Positions 49,587 to 59,517 of a stretch of 64,000 nt of DNA are shown piece after piece. The translations under genes and the position numbers were made by a program. The notes under the pieces are model-generated. The model ran no database searches. It was not told the DNA's origin and saw only the letters and a program-made list of their open reading frames with translations. Position 1 is the first letter of the stretch, and every line of letters begins with the position of its first letter. Source of the stretch: an uncultured SAR86 cluster bacterium (GTDB taxonomy: Bacteria > Pseudomonadota > Gammaproteobacteria > Magnimaribacterales > TMED112); assembly GCA_902610995.1 (NCBI GenBank), contig CACLXU010000001.1, positions 47,207-111,206 of the forward strand. Reading direction: 5' to 3'.

Positions 49587-52116
49587 CAAGACTTTCTTTA
49601 AAGCCTACAGCATCAACTAGTGACTCGCCTTCTCTTGTTGTAACAACCCTAACTCCTTGGGTATTTCTTCCTATAATGCTTATCTGATCGACTTTAGTTC
49701 TTATCATTGTTCCTCTATTTCCTATGAGCATAACCTCATCTCCATCAAGAACTTGAACTGCTGCAACCATCTTTCCGTTTCTTTCAGAAGTATTCAAGGC
49801 AATCACACCCTTGCCCCCTCTCTTTTGTCCACTAAATTCTGAAATATTCGTTCTTTTTCCGTAACCATTTTCACTCAAAGTTAGTAGATGAGATTCTGGA
49901 TTTACCTTGATCAATGAAATGACTTTATCCTCCTTGGATATATTCATTCCTTTAACTCCTCTTGTTGACCTCCCCATTGGACGTGCATCAGTCTCTTTAA
50001 AACGTATTGCCTTACCTGATTTTGAAGCTAAGCAAACTTCATCATTACCATCTGTAATTATTGTTCCTATCAGCTTGTCTCCATCATCAAGATTTATTGC
50101 TCTAAGACCAGGTGCATATCGTTTTTCAAAAGCCTTAAGTGCAGTCTTTTTAACTACTCCTTTTTGAGTAGCCATTAATACAAAATGTCCATCTTTATAT
50201 TCGTCTACTGGTAGAAAAGATGTTACTTTCTCATCCTCCTCAAGAGGAAGAACATTAGAAATAGGCCTTCCTTTTGCAGTTCTAGACATTACTGGAAGCT
50301 TATAAATTTCCAGCCAATGAACTTTACCTTTTGTTGTAAAGCAAAGAACCTGAACATGAGTATTGAGGACTAAAACTTGTTTAATAAAGTCTTCCTCCCT
50401 CAATGCGGAGGCTGTTTTCCCAACACCGCCCCTTCTTTGCGATCTATATTCTGCAAGTTGCTGTGTCTTTACAAAACCATTATTTGAAATAGTAAATACC
50501 CTTTCCTCTTCAGGTATCAAATCAGCATCATCAATTGTTAATCGTCTTTCAACAATTTCGGTACGTCTTTCATCCCCAAAGTTTTCTTTAACTTCATTAA
50601 GCTCTTCTTTTACAACTTCAATCAATCTTGACTCATTTGAAAGTATTTCTTGAAGCTCCTTAATTTGCTTAACAAGTTCTTCATATTCCTCATTTAATTT
50701 ATCGGTTTCAAGTGCAGTTAATCTACTTAGCCTTAGTTCAAGAATAGCTTTGGCCTGAACAATCGATAATTTATATTTTTTTCCATTAAGACCAAAACCT
50801 TTTTCAAGGCCCTCTGGTTTACAAATATCAGGATCTTCAACTCTATCAAGTAGCGGTTTAATTGTGCTTGAAGACCAGCTTTGCTCACATAATCTATCAG
50901 CTGCCACTTTAGTATTTTCTGATGTTTTAATAATATTAATAACTTCGTCTATATTTGCGATAGCAACAATCAGGCCTTCGAGTACATGGCCTCTATCTTT
51001 AGCTTGTCTAAGTTCATATAGCGATCGCTTTGTAATGACATCTTTTCTGTGGTCTAAGAAAATCTGTAGAAGCTCATGCAGATTACAAAGCTTTGGCTTG
51101 CCATCAACTAAAACTACATTATTTATGCCAAACACCTGCTCGAGTTGAGAATTTTTAATCAAATTATTAAGTATGACTTCAGGAACCTCACCTTTCTTTA
51201 TCTCGACCACTACTCTCATTCCATCTTTATCTGATTCATCTCGAATTTCACTTATTCCTTCAAGTTTTTTCTCCTTAACAAGTTCTGCAATTCTTTCCAG
51301 CATTCTTGCCTTATTAACCATGAATGGTATTTCAGTTATAATTATTGCTTCTTTGCCTCCTTTCATTGTTTCAAAAGATGTTTTTCCTCTAACATAGACT
51401 TTTCCCTGACCTGTGCGATAAGCTTGCTCAATACCATCTATCCCCGTAATAATTCCTCCAAGTGGAAAATCGGGTCCTTTAATAATTTTAATGAGGTCTT
51501 CTATTGATACATCCTTGTTATCAAGCATATGTATGCATGCATCAACTACTTCAGTTAAATTATGTGGTGGCATATTTGTAGCCATTCCAACTGCAATTCC
51601 AGACGAACCATTTACAAGCAAATTTGGTATTCTTGTTGGCAGAACATCAGGAATATCTTCTGTCCCATCATAGTTAGGAGAATATGTGACTGTTTCCTTT
51701 TCAATATCTGCGAGAATTTGATCTGTAATTTTCTCCATCCTTATTTCTGTATATCTCATTGCGGCAGCTGAATCTCCATCTATGCTTCCAAAGTTTCCTT
51801 GCCCCTCAATTAACGGATATCTTAGAGAGAAGTTCTGGGTCATTCTCACAATTGCATCATATACAGCAGAATCGCCATGAGGATGATATTTTCCGATAAC
51901 ATCTCCTACAACTCTTGCAGATTTTTTATAGGGCTTGTTGTAGGTATTTGAAAGTTTGTGCATTGCGAAAAGAATTCTTCTATGAACAGGCTTCATTCCA
52001 TCACGTGCATCAGGAAGTGCGCGCCCAATAATTACGCTCATCGCATAATCCAAATACGACTTTTTTAACTCATCTTTTATGTCTACAGAAAGGACTTCTT
52101 TAGCAAACTCTTGCAC
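49573..52116 (-). CDS. gyrA: DNA gyrase subunit A
   Basis: YLDYAMSVI, GKYHPHGDS, AAMRYTE, GyrA-box QRRGGVG, C-terminal pinwheel repeats. Confidence 0.98.
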   Translation of the reverse strand: MQEFAKEVLSVDIKDELKKSYLDYAMSVIIGRALPDARDGMKPVHRRILFAMHKLSNTYNKPYKKSARVVGDVIGKYHPHGDSAVYDAIVRMTQNFSLRYPLIEGQGNFGSIDGDSAAAMRYTEIRMEKITDQILADIEKETVTYSPNYDGTEDIPDVLPTRIPNLLVNGSSGIAVGMATNMPPHNLTEVVDACIHMLDNKDVSIEDLIKIIKGPDFPLGGIITGIDGIEQAYRTGQGKVYVRGKTSFETMKGGKEAIIITEIPFMVNKARMLERIAELVKEKKLEGISEIRDESDKDGMRVVVEIKKGEVPEVILNNLIKNSQLEQVFGINNVVLVDGKPKLCNLHELLQIFLDHRKDVITKRSLYELRQAKDRGHVLEGLIVAIANIDEVINIIKTSENTKVAADRLCEQSWSSSTIKPLLDRVEDPDICKPEGLEKGFGLNGKKYKLSIVQAKAILELRLSRLTALETDKLNEEYEELVKQIKELQEILSNESRLIEVVKEELNEVKENFGDERRTEIVERRLTIDDADLIPEEERVFTISNNGFVKTQQLAEYRSQRRGGVGKTASALREEDFIKQVLVLNTHVQVLCFTTKGKVHWLEIYKLPVMSRTAKGRPISNVLPLEEDEKVTSFLPVDEYKDGHFVLMATQKGVVKKTALKAFEKRYAPGLRAINLDDGDKLIGTIITDGNDEVCLASKSGKAIRFKETDARPMGRSTRGVKGMNISKEDKVISLIKVNPESHLLTLSENGYGKRTNISEFSGQKRGGKGVIALNTSERNGKMVAAVQVLDGDEVMLIGNRGTMIRTKVDQISIIGRNTQGVRVVTTREGESLVDAVGFKESLDEEE

Positions 52117-52122
52117 TGATAT

Positions 52123-52131
52123 ATTTTATCA
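52123..52131 (-). promoter_or_regulatory. Extended -10 (TG-A-TAAAAT) 6 nt upstream of the gyrA GTG; candidate leaderless promoter
   Basis: TGATAAAAT-ATATCA-GTG; no SD. Confidence 0.55.
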
Positions 52132-52153
52132 CAGGTATAAGTTTAAATGGCTG

Positions 52154-53551
52154 TTATTCTTTAAATTCTGAGACTAATTTCGAGATAGATTCTTTAGCAT
52201 CCCCGAATAACATTCTTGAGTTTTCTTTGAAGAATAATGGGTTTTGAACACCCGCAAAACCTGATGACATTGATCTCTTTAAAATAATAACAGTCTTTGC
52301 TTTATGAACTTCAATTATTGGCATGCCATAAATTGGACTTCCTGGCTGTTCAGTTGCACTTGGATTGACTACATCGTTAGCACCAATTACAAGAACTATA
52401 TCAATACTTTCCATTTTAGGATTTATATCTTTTGGTTCTAACAAATTATCATATGGGACGTTTGCTTCAGCTAGTAAAACATTCATATGTCCTGGCATGC
52501 GGCCAGCAACAGGATGTATGCCATAAGAAACTTCAGCTCCATTCTGCTCTAGAAGGTCACCAAGCTCCTTAACCACATGTTGAGCCTGAGCTACAGCCAT
52601 TCCATATCCAGGTACTATGTGTACTGTAGAAGCAGCTTCTAAAATTAGATAACAATCTTCGGCATTAATTGGCTTAATTTCTCCTTCAATATCAGAAGCA
52701 CTTGAAGCACCCTCTGAGTAACCAACAAAGAATATATTAAAAAGTGTTCTATTCATTGATTTCGCCATTATTAGGGTCAAAATTAACCCAGACGCTCCTA
52801 CCAAACATCCTGCAACAATTAAGGCTGTATTTGTCAATAAAATCCCTGCTAAGGCTGCAGCTATTCCAGATAGGGAATTTAGTAATGATATTACAACTGG
52901 CATATCCCCTCCTCCAATTGGAATAACAAAACAAAAACCTGAGAGTATTGAAACAATAAGCAATCCAAGAAATATTTGTTGGATTAGATCAAAATCTATT
53001 AATGTAATGTTTAAAATCTGAAGAATTATCTGAGTTAAGGCTAATAGAAAGGTTATGATAAAAACTATTAAAAAATACCTCGATAATTTACTTAAAATAG
53101 CACCATTAAATTTAATAATCTCTGAAAGTTTAAAGTAGGCAATAACACTACCTGAAAAAGTTATTCCACCTATGAAAACAGTTAAATATGTTATCAGGAG
53201 TAGTGGGCTTATAGCTTTATAACTTGTGAATTCAGACCATGCCAAAAAGAATGATGAAAGGCCTCCAAATCCATTGAATAATGCAACCATTTCAGGTATG
53301 GATGTCATTTTTACTCTCAGAGCGAACAATGATCCAATTGCGCTTCCTATAAGAATTGCGGATAGTACTAATATAGGCTCAATGACATTTACAAATGTAA
53401 CAACTACTGCCAATAGCATGCCAATAGCAGATACAAAATTTCCTCTTACAGCAGTTTCTTCTTTCCCGAGCATTTTGAGGCCAAAAATAAACAAAATTGC
53501 TGAAGCAACATAACCTATTTGCTGAAATATTTCGTAATTACCCTCAATCAT
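52154..53551 (-). CDS. pntB: NAD(P) transhydrogenase beta subunit
   Basis: IGGGDMPVVISLLNS, VPGYGMAVAQAQ, HPVAGRMPGHMNVLLAEA. Confidence 0.97.
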   Translation of the reverse strand: MIEGNYEIFQQIGYVASAILFIFGLKMLGKEETAVRGNFVSAIGMLLAVVVTFVNVIEPILVLSAILIGSAIGSLFALRVKMTSIPEMVALFNGFGGLSSFFLAWSEFTSYKAISPLLLITYLTVFIGGITFSGSVIAYFKLSEIIKFNGAILSKLSRYFLIVFIITFLLALTQIILQILNITLIDFDLIQQIFLGLLIVSILSGFCFVIPIGGGDMPVVISLLNSLSGIAAALAGILLTNTALIVAGCLVGASGLILTLIMAKSMNRTLFNIFFVGYSEGASSASDIEGEIKPINAEDCYLILEAASTVHIVPGYGMAVAQAQHVVKELGDLLEQNGAEVSYGIHPVAGRMPGHMNVLLAEANVPYDNLLEPKDINPKMESIDIVLVIGANDVVNPSATEQPGSPIYGMPIIEVHKAKTVIILKRSMSSGFAGVQNPLFFKENSRMLFGDAKESISKLVSEFKE

Positions 53552-53820
53552 TTCTTTTTAAACATGCGTAACATTCTATTTGTAACAAGATATCCTCCAA
53601 AAACATTGATGGTTGCGAAGGTAATCGCTAAAAATGCCAGGACTAATTGAATTGTTCCTGAAGTTTGCAAACTTAGAGCTCCAACAAGTGTAATGCCACT
53701 TATGGCATTAGCACCCGACATTAGAGGAGTATGCAAAGTACTTGGAATTTTTGATATTAGCTCAAGCCCTAAAAAAACTGATAGGACTAGTATAAAAAAT
53801 AATAAAATGAATATTTCCAT
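53548..53820 (-). CDS. pntAB: NAD(P) transhydrogenase alpha subunit part 2 (membrane)
   Basis: LHTPLMSGANAISG, INVFGG..VT.RML. Confidence 0.95.
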   Translation of the reverse strand: MEIFILLFFILVLSVFLGLELISKIPSTLHTPLMSGANAISGITLVGALSLQTSGTIQLVLAFLAITFATINVFGGYLVTNRMLRMFKKK

Positions 53821-54938
53821 TAACTAAATTCCTTCTTTAAGATCTTTCCATCTTTAACAAACATTGATGATTTTATAATTTCATCATCAAGATCAAAATT
53901 CATTTGAGCATTTTCTTTGTCATAGAAATCAATTATGAAATTGATAAGGTTATTGCTCAATGCAAAAGATGCATGATCTGATACAAATGAAGAGAGGTTG
54001 CTATAACCAATAATTTTTACACCATTAAGGTTCTGCAAAGAATCGGCTATTGAACCCTCGACATTTCCTCCTGATTCTACTGCCATATCAAATATGACAC
54101 TGCCAGGCTTCATTCGCTCAATTGTTTTTTTATCGATAAGCTTTGGTGCTGGCTTCCCAAAAAGTTGAGCAGTGGTTATTACAATATCTGAGTTTGCACA
54201 AACATCTGCTTGTAGTTCTTTTTGTTTATCAATTTGCTCTTGCGTTAATTCCTTCGCATAGCCTTGATCTGTCTGACCGGTATCTCCCAAATCAATTTTT
54301 ACAAATTTAGCACCTAAAGATTTTACTTGTTCCTCAACTATAGGTCTTGTATCGAATGCCTCTACTCTTGCACCAAGCCTCTTTGCAGTAGCTATTGCTT
54401 GAAGACCAGCAACACCCACACCAATTACAAAAACTCTAGCTGGCTTTAATGTACCTGCGGCAGTCATCATCATTGGCAAGGCTGAATTAAGCAATTTTGC
54501 AGATTCAATAACAGAAACGTATCCTGCTAAGTTAGACTGACTGCTAAGAACATCCATCTTTTGCGCCCTTGTGATTCTAGGGACAAATTCCATGGAAATT
54601 GAATTAATCCCCTTTTCAGCATGAGTTTTAAACTGTGCTTTGTTATTAAAAGGCTCCAGCAACCCAAGGATTGAAGAGCCTTTTTTTATTAATCCTATTT
54701 CATCTGATTTAATTGGCTCAGAGCACAGAATAATATCAGCTTGTTTTAAACACTCCTCTCTACTTAATGATTTTGCTCCAAGCTCCAATAGCGCTTTATC
54801 TGGTATATCTGCTTGCAATCCTATGCCACTTTCAAAAACAACTTTAATACCCATATCTAAAACAGCTTTTATGCTCTGCGGGTGAAGAGTCGTACGTTTG
54901 TCGCCAATGTTTTTTGGTGTTATAGCCCCTAAAATCAT
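53820..54938 (-). CDS. pntAA: NAD(P) transhydrogenase alpha subunit part 1 (domain I)
   Basis: PRITRAQKMDVLSSQ, GVGVAGLQA, GYAKE, ITTAQ, GGNVE. Confidence 0.95.
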   Translation of the reverse strand: MILGAITPKNIGDKRTTLHPQSIKAVLDMGIKVVFESGIGLQADIPDKALLELGAKSLSREECLKQADIILCSEPIKSDEIGLIKKGSSILGLLEPFNNKAQFKTHAEKGINSISMEFVPRITRAQKMDVLSSQSNLAGYVSVIESAKLLNSALPMMMTAAGTLKPARVFVIGVGVAGLQAIATAKRLGARVEAFDTRPIVEEQVKSLGAKFVKIDLGDTGQTDQGYAKELTQEQIDKQKELQADVCANSDIVITTAQLFGKPAPKLIDKKTIERMKPGSVIFDMAVESGGNVEGSIADSLQNLNGVKIIGYSNLSSFVSDHASFALSNNLINFIIDFYDKENAQMNFDLDDEIIKSSMFVKDGKILKKEFS

Positions 54939-54963
54939 AGAATTAAGTAAATTAAATACTAAA

Positions 54964-54969
54964 TATACT
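54964..54969 (+). promoter_or_regulatory. -10 hexamer TATACT 7 nt upstream of the ubiG ATG; candidate leaderless promoter
   Basis: TATACT-TTAACTG-ATG; no SD. Confidence 0.5.
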
Positions 54970-54976
54970 TTAACTG

Positions 54977-55669
54977 ATGAAAAACTTTGATCAACATGAA
55001 TTGGAAAAATTCACACAATTAGCAAATCAATGGTGGGACCCAAATGGGAAATTTAAACCGCTTCACCTTATAAATCCTTTGAGATCGGAATATATCGATA
55101 GCAAAATTCCAGTCTCAGGAAAAACAATTTTGGATGTTGGCTGTGGTGGCGGAATTCTATCAGAGTCTTTAGCTAGAAAGGGTGCAAAAGTTACAGGCAT
55201 TGACCTGTCTGATGGGCCTCTGAGGGTTGCGAGAATAAGAAATGAAAAAGTTAATCTTGATATTACCTATAAAAAAATTTCTACTAATGAATTATTAAAA
55301 TCTGGTAAAAAATTTGACATCATTGCTTGTCTCGAGATGCTTGAACATGTTCCCGATCCAGAAGAAATTGTTTCAGATTGTGAAAAAATGCTTAATAAAA
55401 ATGGACATATCTTTTTCTCCACTATTAACAGAAATCTAAAATCATTTATTTTAGCCATCCTTGGTGCCGAATATATCTTAAATATTTTGCCTCAAGGAAC
55501 ACATGATTATGAAAAGTTAATCAAACCATCAGAGCTCAAAAAATATATTGATAATTCAGGTTTAAACTTTACTGAAATTAAGGGAATGTCATACTTGCCT
55601 TTTTTTGACATAGCAAAACTAACTGATGATCCATCAGTAAACTATATTATTCATGCGCAGAAGAAATAA
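54977..55669 (+). CDS. ubiG: Ubiquinone biosynthesis O-methyltransferase
   Basis: WWDPNGKFKPLH.INPLR, LDVGCGGGILSE, EMLEHVP, STINR, GTHDY. Confidence 0.96.
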   Translation: MKNFDQHELEKFTQLANQWWDPNGKFKPLHLINPLRSEYIDSKIPVSGKTILDVGCGGGILSESLARKGAKVTGIDLSDGPLRVARIRNEKVNLDITYKKISTNELLKSGKKFDIIACLEMLEHVPDPEEIVSDCEKMLNKNGHIFFSTINRNLKSFILAILGAEYILNILPQGTHDYEKLIKPSELKKYIDNSGLNFTEIKGMSYLPFFDIAKLTDDPSVNYIIHAQKK

Positions 55670-56303
55670 AGCTGTAATTTTTGACCTTGATGGAACTCTT
55701 CTTAACTCAGGACTAACGTTTCATAAAATTGTTAACATGCTTAAGCTAGAGCTGAATGAAGAACCTATAGAATTTGAATCTGTAAGAAAGTTTTCATCAC
55801 GAGGTGCCAGCCTTATACTAAAGAATTGTTTTCCAGAAAAAGATGAAAATAGCATACATTCTTTAAAGGTTAAATTTCTTAACACTTATGAGAAAATACT
55901 CACAGAAAACCTTGTGTTATACAACGGAATAGATTCAATGCTCAATCTTTTTGATGACAATAGGATCTCATGGGGCATAGTTACAAATAAATCATGGAAA
56001 TATACAAAACATATCGTTAGGCAACTTGGTTGGGATAAAAGAACCTCAGCAATCATATGTCCAGATAATCTAAAAAATTCTAAGCCAGATCCTGAAGGCT
56101 TGCATTTAGCACTAAAATTACTCGAAGCAAATGCGGATAATTCTTTCTATGTTGGCGACCATAGAAGAGATGTTGAAACTGGAAAAAATGCCGGAGTGAA
56201 GACAATTGCGTGCGACTGGGGCTACTGGGAAGATGACTATAAAACTTGGAATGCAGATTTTGTTGCCTCTGATCCAAAACAAATTATCGAATGGACATCT
56301 TAA
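55653..56303 (+). CDS. HAD phosphatase (Gph/MupP family)
   Basis: FDLDGTL, VTNK, KPDP, VGD.RRD; ubiG-HAD-yciK synteny. Confidence 0.88.
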   Translation: MRRRNKAVIFDLDGTLLNSGLTFHKIVNMLKLELNEEPIEFESVRKFSSRGASLILKNCFPEKDENSIHSLKVKFLNTYEKILTENLVLYNGIDSMLNLFDDNRISWGIVTNKSWKYTKHIVRQLGWDKRTSAIICPDNLKNSKPDPEGLHLALKLLEANADNSFYVGDHRRDVETGKNAGVKTIACDWGYWEDDYKTWNADFVASDPKQIIEWTS

Positions 56304-57040
56304 AAATTCCAAAATTTACTCCAAGTAATAGCTTGCTTAAAGGCAAGGAAATTTTAATCACCGGTGCAGGATCTGGTATTGGCCGTGAAGTAGCACTAGC
56401 TTGTTCAGAATTTGGAGCAAACTTAATTCTTTTATCGAGAAATGCCAAAAAACTTTATTCTCTTCAAGACCAGATTGTTAAGAATGGGCAATCTGAACCT
56501 CTTGTAGTCGAATTTGATTTTGAAAAAGCAAAAGAAAAAGATTACTTAAATCTTTTTGAGAAATTATGCGAAGAATATGAAAAATTAGATGGTTTAGTAC
56601 ATATTGCTGGCGTGCTTGGATATCTGTCTCCTGTCGTAAATACCTCATTAAATCAACTTAATACAGTAATGAGAGTAAACTTTGAAAGTAATTTTCTTTT
56701 GACTCAGCTATGCACCCCTCTTCTATTAAAAGCTAATAACCCATCTGTTATATTTACCTCATCAGGTGTAGGCCGTAAGGGAAGAGCTTTTTGGACAAGT
56801 TATAGTATTTCAAAATTTGCAATTGAAGGCCTCATGCAGGTTTTAGCTGATGAATATGAAAGCAGTATGAGGATAAATTCATATAATCCTGGTGCAACTA
56901 GAACAGCAATGAGAGCTCAAGCTTTTCCAGCTGAAGATCCAATGACTTTAAAAACACCTCGAGACAGAGTTAATGACTATCTATGGCTTCTGTCAGATAG
57001 TAATATGAGTACTGGAAAAGCGTACGATTTTTATGAATGA
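56291..57040 (+). CDS. yciK: YciK-family SDR oxidoreductase
   Basis: TGAGSGIG, FTSSGVGRKGRAFW..YSISK, NPGATRTAMRA.AFPAEDP. Confidence 0.88.
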   Translation: MDILKIPKFTPSNSLLKGKEILITGAGSGIGREVALACSEFGANLILLSRNAKKLYSLQDQIVKNGQSEPLVVEFDFEKAKEKDYLNLFEKLCEEYEKLDGLVHIAGVLGYLSPVVNTSLNQLNTVMRVNFESNFLLTQLCTPLLLKANNPSVIFTSSGVGRKGRAFWTSYSISKFAIEGLMQVLADEYESSMRINSYNPGATRTAMRAQAFPAEDPMTLKTPRDRVNDYLWLLSDSNMSTGKAYDFYE

Positions 57041-57269
57041 TCTAATTAAAAGTTTAAAAAATGGAGTTGTTACAATTAGTTTCAAGAAAATTGATACTGG
57101 TGAGATTAGGGTTATGCCATCAACCTTAAATCCTAAACTAATACCAATGGGGTCAATAATAAATAATATTTCTGAAGATAGTGAAACTATTATGGTTTGG
57201 TCTTTAGATAAAAATTCCTGGCGAGATATCAGGGTGAATACCATCCTTGAATGGAATGTAGAAGATTAA
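57033..57269 (+). CDS. Small SH3/Sm-like beta-barrel protein (WYL_2/DUF2693-like)
   Basis: Pattern L..GVV.I.F.K..GE.R.M..TL...V.W.LDK..WR..R, as recalled for this family; translationally coupled to yciK. Confidence 0.65.
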   Translation: MNDLIKSLKNGVVTISFKKIDTGEIRVMPSTLNPKLIPMGSIINNISEDSETIMVWSLDKNSWRDIRVNTILEWNVED

Positions 57270-58030
57270 ATTTTATATGTATTTTTTAACTTTTTAATTT
57301 CTTTTGTAGAGAGCTTTTTCCATCCACTGGCTTTAAGGTTTTCTGGCAATAAAATAGAACCATACCTAACTCTAATTAATCGATTTACGATCAAACCTTG
57401 AGACTTCCATAATTTTCTTACTTCCCTATTTTTCCCGGTAAACAAGCAAACATAGAACCATTGATTTTTTGACTTTCCCTGTTTTTTTACAGCTACTATG
57501 TCTGAAAAGTTTGAAGTTTCATTTTGAATTTTTATTCCTTTTAGAAGTTTTGATAATTTTGAGTCTGTAACCTCTCCATAAACTCTACATAAATACTCTC
57601 TGTCAATATTACTGCTAGGATGAGATAACTTATTTGAAAAATCTCCATTATTAGTGAATAGAAGTAAACCAGAAGTGTTGATATCAAGCCTGCCAACCAT
57701 AATCCACTTCCCTTTCTTTCTTGGTGGTATTTTAGAAAATACAGTTTCTTTTTCATCTGTTACTGTATTTGAACAAATTTGTCCCACTTCTTTGTGATAT
57801 ATCAAAATTTCCAACTCAGGATTTAAGTCTACGATATGGTCTTCACCACTTATTGTTAAACAATCATTGTCATAAATTAAGCTTTCTGCTTTGAGTGTTT
57901 TATTTGATTTAGTGACGGTATTTTGTGCTAAAAAGTTTTTAATGCCCCTTCTGGTAGTGAATCCAGAATTTGCTAAGTATTTTTGAAGCTTCTCTTCAGA
58001 TTTCCTGAGCTGGTTGCTCTTGCTCTTCAT
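57266..58030 (-). CDS. rluB: 23S rRNA pseudouridine synthase (RluB/RsuA family)
   Basis: S4 domain EKLQKYLA; VGRLDINTSGLLL; GKNREVR; follows scpB. Confidence 0.88.
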   Translation of the reverse strand: MKSKSNQLRKSEEKLQKYLANSGFTTRRGIKNFLAQNTVTKSNKTLKAESLIYDNDCLTISGEDHIVDLNPELEILIYHKEVGQICSNTVTDEKETVFSKIPPRKKGKWIMVGRLDINTSGLLLFTNNGDFSNKLSHPSSNIDREYLCRVYGEVTDSKLSKLLKGIKIQNETSNFSDIVAVKKQGKSKNQWFYVCLFTGKNREVRKLWKSQGLIVNRLIRVRYGSILLPENLKASGWKKLSTKEIKKLKNTYKI

Positions 58031-58577
58031 CTTGCAATGTTAACTCTGGAGTAATATTTTGCAACTCAGGCAGTTCAGGGAGGCTAGGTAAATCGGATAT
58101 GGATTTTAGTGAAAAATCATCAAGAAACTTTTCTGTTGAGATAAAGAGGGCTGGTCGACCTGGAACATCTCTATAGCCTTTTATCTTTATCCAGCCCTGA
58201 TCAATTAGAAGCTTAATAACACTTGTGGCAACGCTTACACCTCTTATGTCTTCGATATCTCCCCTTGTTACAGGCTGCATATAGGCAATTATCGATAAGG
58301 TCTCCAGTGTTGCTTTGGAGAGCCTTAAAGGTTTAGCTTCCCATAGTTTTGCAACATCCTCTGAGTGAATATCATTAATTTGAATTCTAAATCCAGAAGA
58401 AACTTCTATTAAATTCATGGCTCTACCTTCATAATCCTTTTGCAATTCATATATTGCAGACATTAGCTGTGATTCATCTTCACTAGAATGAATTTCCATC
58501 AACTCCAACAAATCTTTTTGATTTAAAGGTCTATTTGATGCAAGCAAGATAGCTTCAACCCTGTTTTTAATTGACAT
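57996..58577 (-). CDS. scpB: SMC-Scp complex subunit ScpB
   Basis: LSKATLETLSIIAY.QPVTRGDIEDIRGV, PGRP. Confidence 0.95.
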   Translation of the reverse strand: MSIKNRVEAILLASNRPLNQKDLLELMEIHSSEDESQLMSAIYELQKDYEGRAMNLIEVSSGFRIQINDIHSEDVAKLWEAKPLRLSKATLETLSIIAYMQPVTRGDIEDIRGVSVATSVIKLLIDQGWIKIKGYRDVPGRPALFISTEKFLDDFSLKSISDLPSLPELPELQNITPELTLQDEEQEQPAQEI

Positions 58578-59383
58578 TAATGAACAACCTCCTCTGAGCT
58601 TTTAAAATATACTTCACCAAAGGATTCTCCTTGGACTATTTCGATATATCCTTTTCTGTTTAACTCTAAGGCCGCAACTAGTATTACTGGCACCGCAAGT
58701 TTTGATTCTCCCTTTTTAATTAGCTCTGGCAGAGAAATAAAATCCCGAGATTTTAGCTCTTCTAGCATTAACTTCATCTTTGATTCAACTGTTATGTTTT
58801 CAAGTTTTATAGTATGGCTTTTAAGTAGTGCAGCTTGATCTAACAAAGATTGAAGAGCAAAGACTAAATCAGTTTTATTGTATTTATTTTTTGGTTTAGG
58901 CATCTCAAACTCAGGCAGTTTGGAAGATGCAATAAATACATCTCTATCTATTCTTGGAATAGCATCTAAATTTTCACTTGCCTCTTTAAATCTCTTATAT
59001 TCTTGCAATCTTCTGATTAGTTCTGCTTTTGGATCATCTGAAATTTCATCTTCCTCTTCTTCCCTTGGAAGAAGAATTCTTGATTTTACTTCTGCGAGAT
59101 ATGCTGCCATGGCGAGATAATCTCCTGCGAGCTCATATTCAAAATCTTCCATGAGTTCAATGTAGGAGATATATTGATCTGTAATTTCTACTAAATCTAT
59201 CTCCAAAATATCCAGATTCTTCCTTTGAATTAAATACAATAAGAAATCCATTGGACCTGAAAAAACGTCAAGCAAAAGGAGAAGAGCTTTTGGTGGTATA
59301 TAAAGATTCTCCGGCAATTCCTGAACTGTGGTCCCTTTGACTTTAGGCAAGTTAAATTCTTGGACTGCTTCCATACACAACAT
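58577..59383 (-). CDS. scpA: Segregation/condensation protein ScpA
   Basis: LYIPP, FSGPMDFLLYLI, KSRILLP, DPKAELIRRLQEY. Confidence 0.94.
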   Translation of the reverse strand: MLCMEAVQEFNLPKVKGTTVQELPENLYIPPKALLLLLDVFSGPMDFLLYLIQRKNLDILEIDLVEITDQYISYIELMEDFEYELAGDYLAMAAYLAEVKSRILLPREEEEDEISDDPKAELIRRLQEYKRFKEASENLDAIPRIDRDVFIASSKLPEFEMPKPKNKYNKTDLVFALQSLLDQAALLKSHTIKLENITVESKMKLMLEELKSRDFISLPELIKKGESKLAVPVILVAALELNRKGYIEIVQGESFGEVYFKSSEEVVH

Positions 59384-59517
59384 ATTGTATATAATTATGA
59401 AAAAAAATACTAAATATTGTGTTATTTATTACTGTTTAACATTTTGCAAAAAAAGTTGATAAATCGACGCTTTAGCCTCCTAGGTAGTGTAGAATTTACT
59501 GTCCAAAACTATAAAAA

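Noticed and set aside
49657..51771. Series of plus-strand ORFs of 60-96 aa antisense to gyrA (similar ones occur opposite rpsA, uvrC, pheST and pnt)
   Set aside because: Antisense shadows caused by codon bias, with no motifs or translation signals.
52154..54938. Transhydrogenase alpha split into two genes, as a possible frameshift
   Set aside because: The three-gene pntAA-pntAB-pntB arrangement is a well-known natural organisation.
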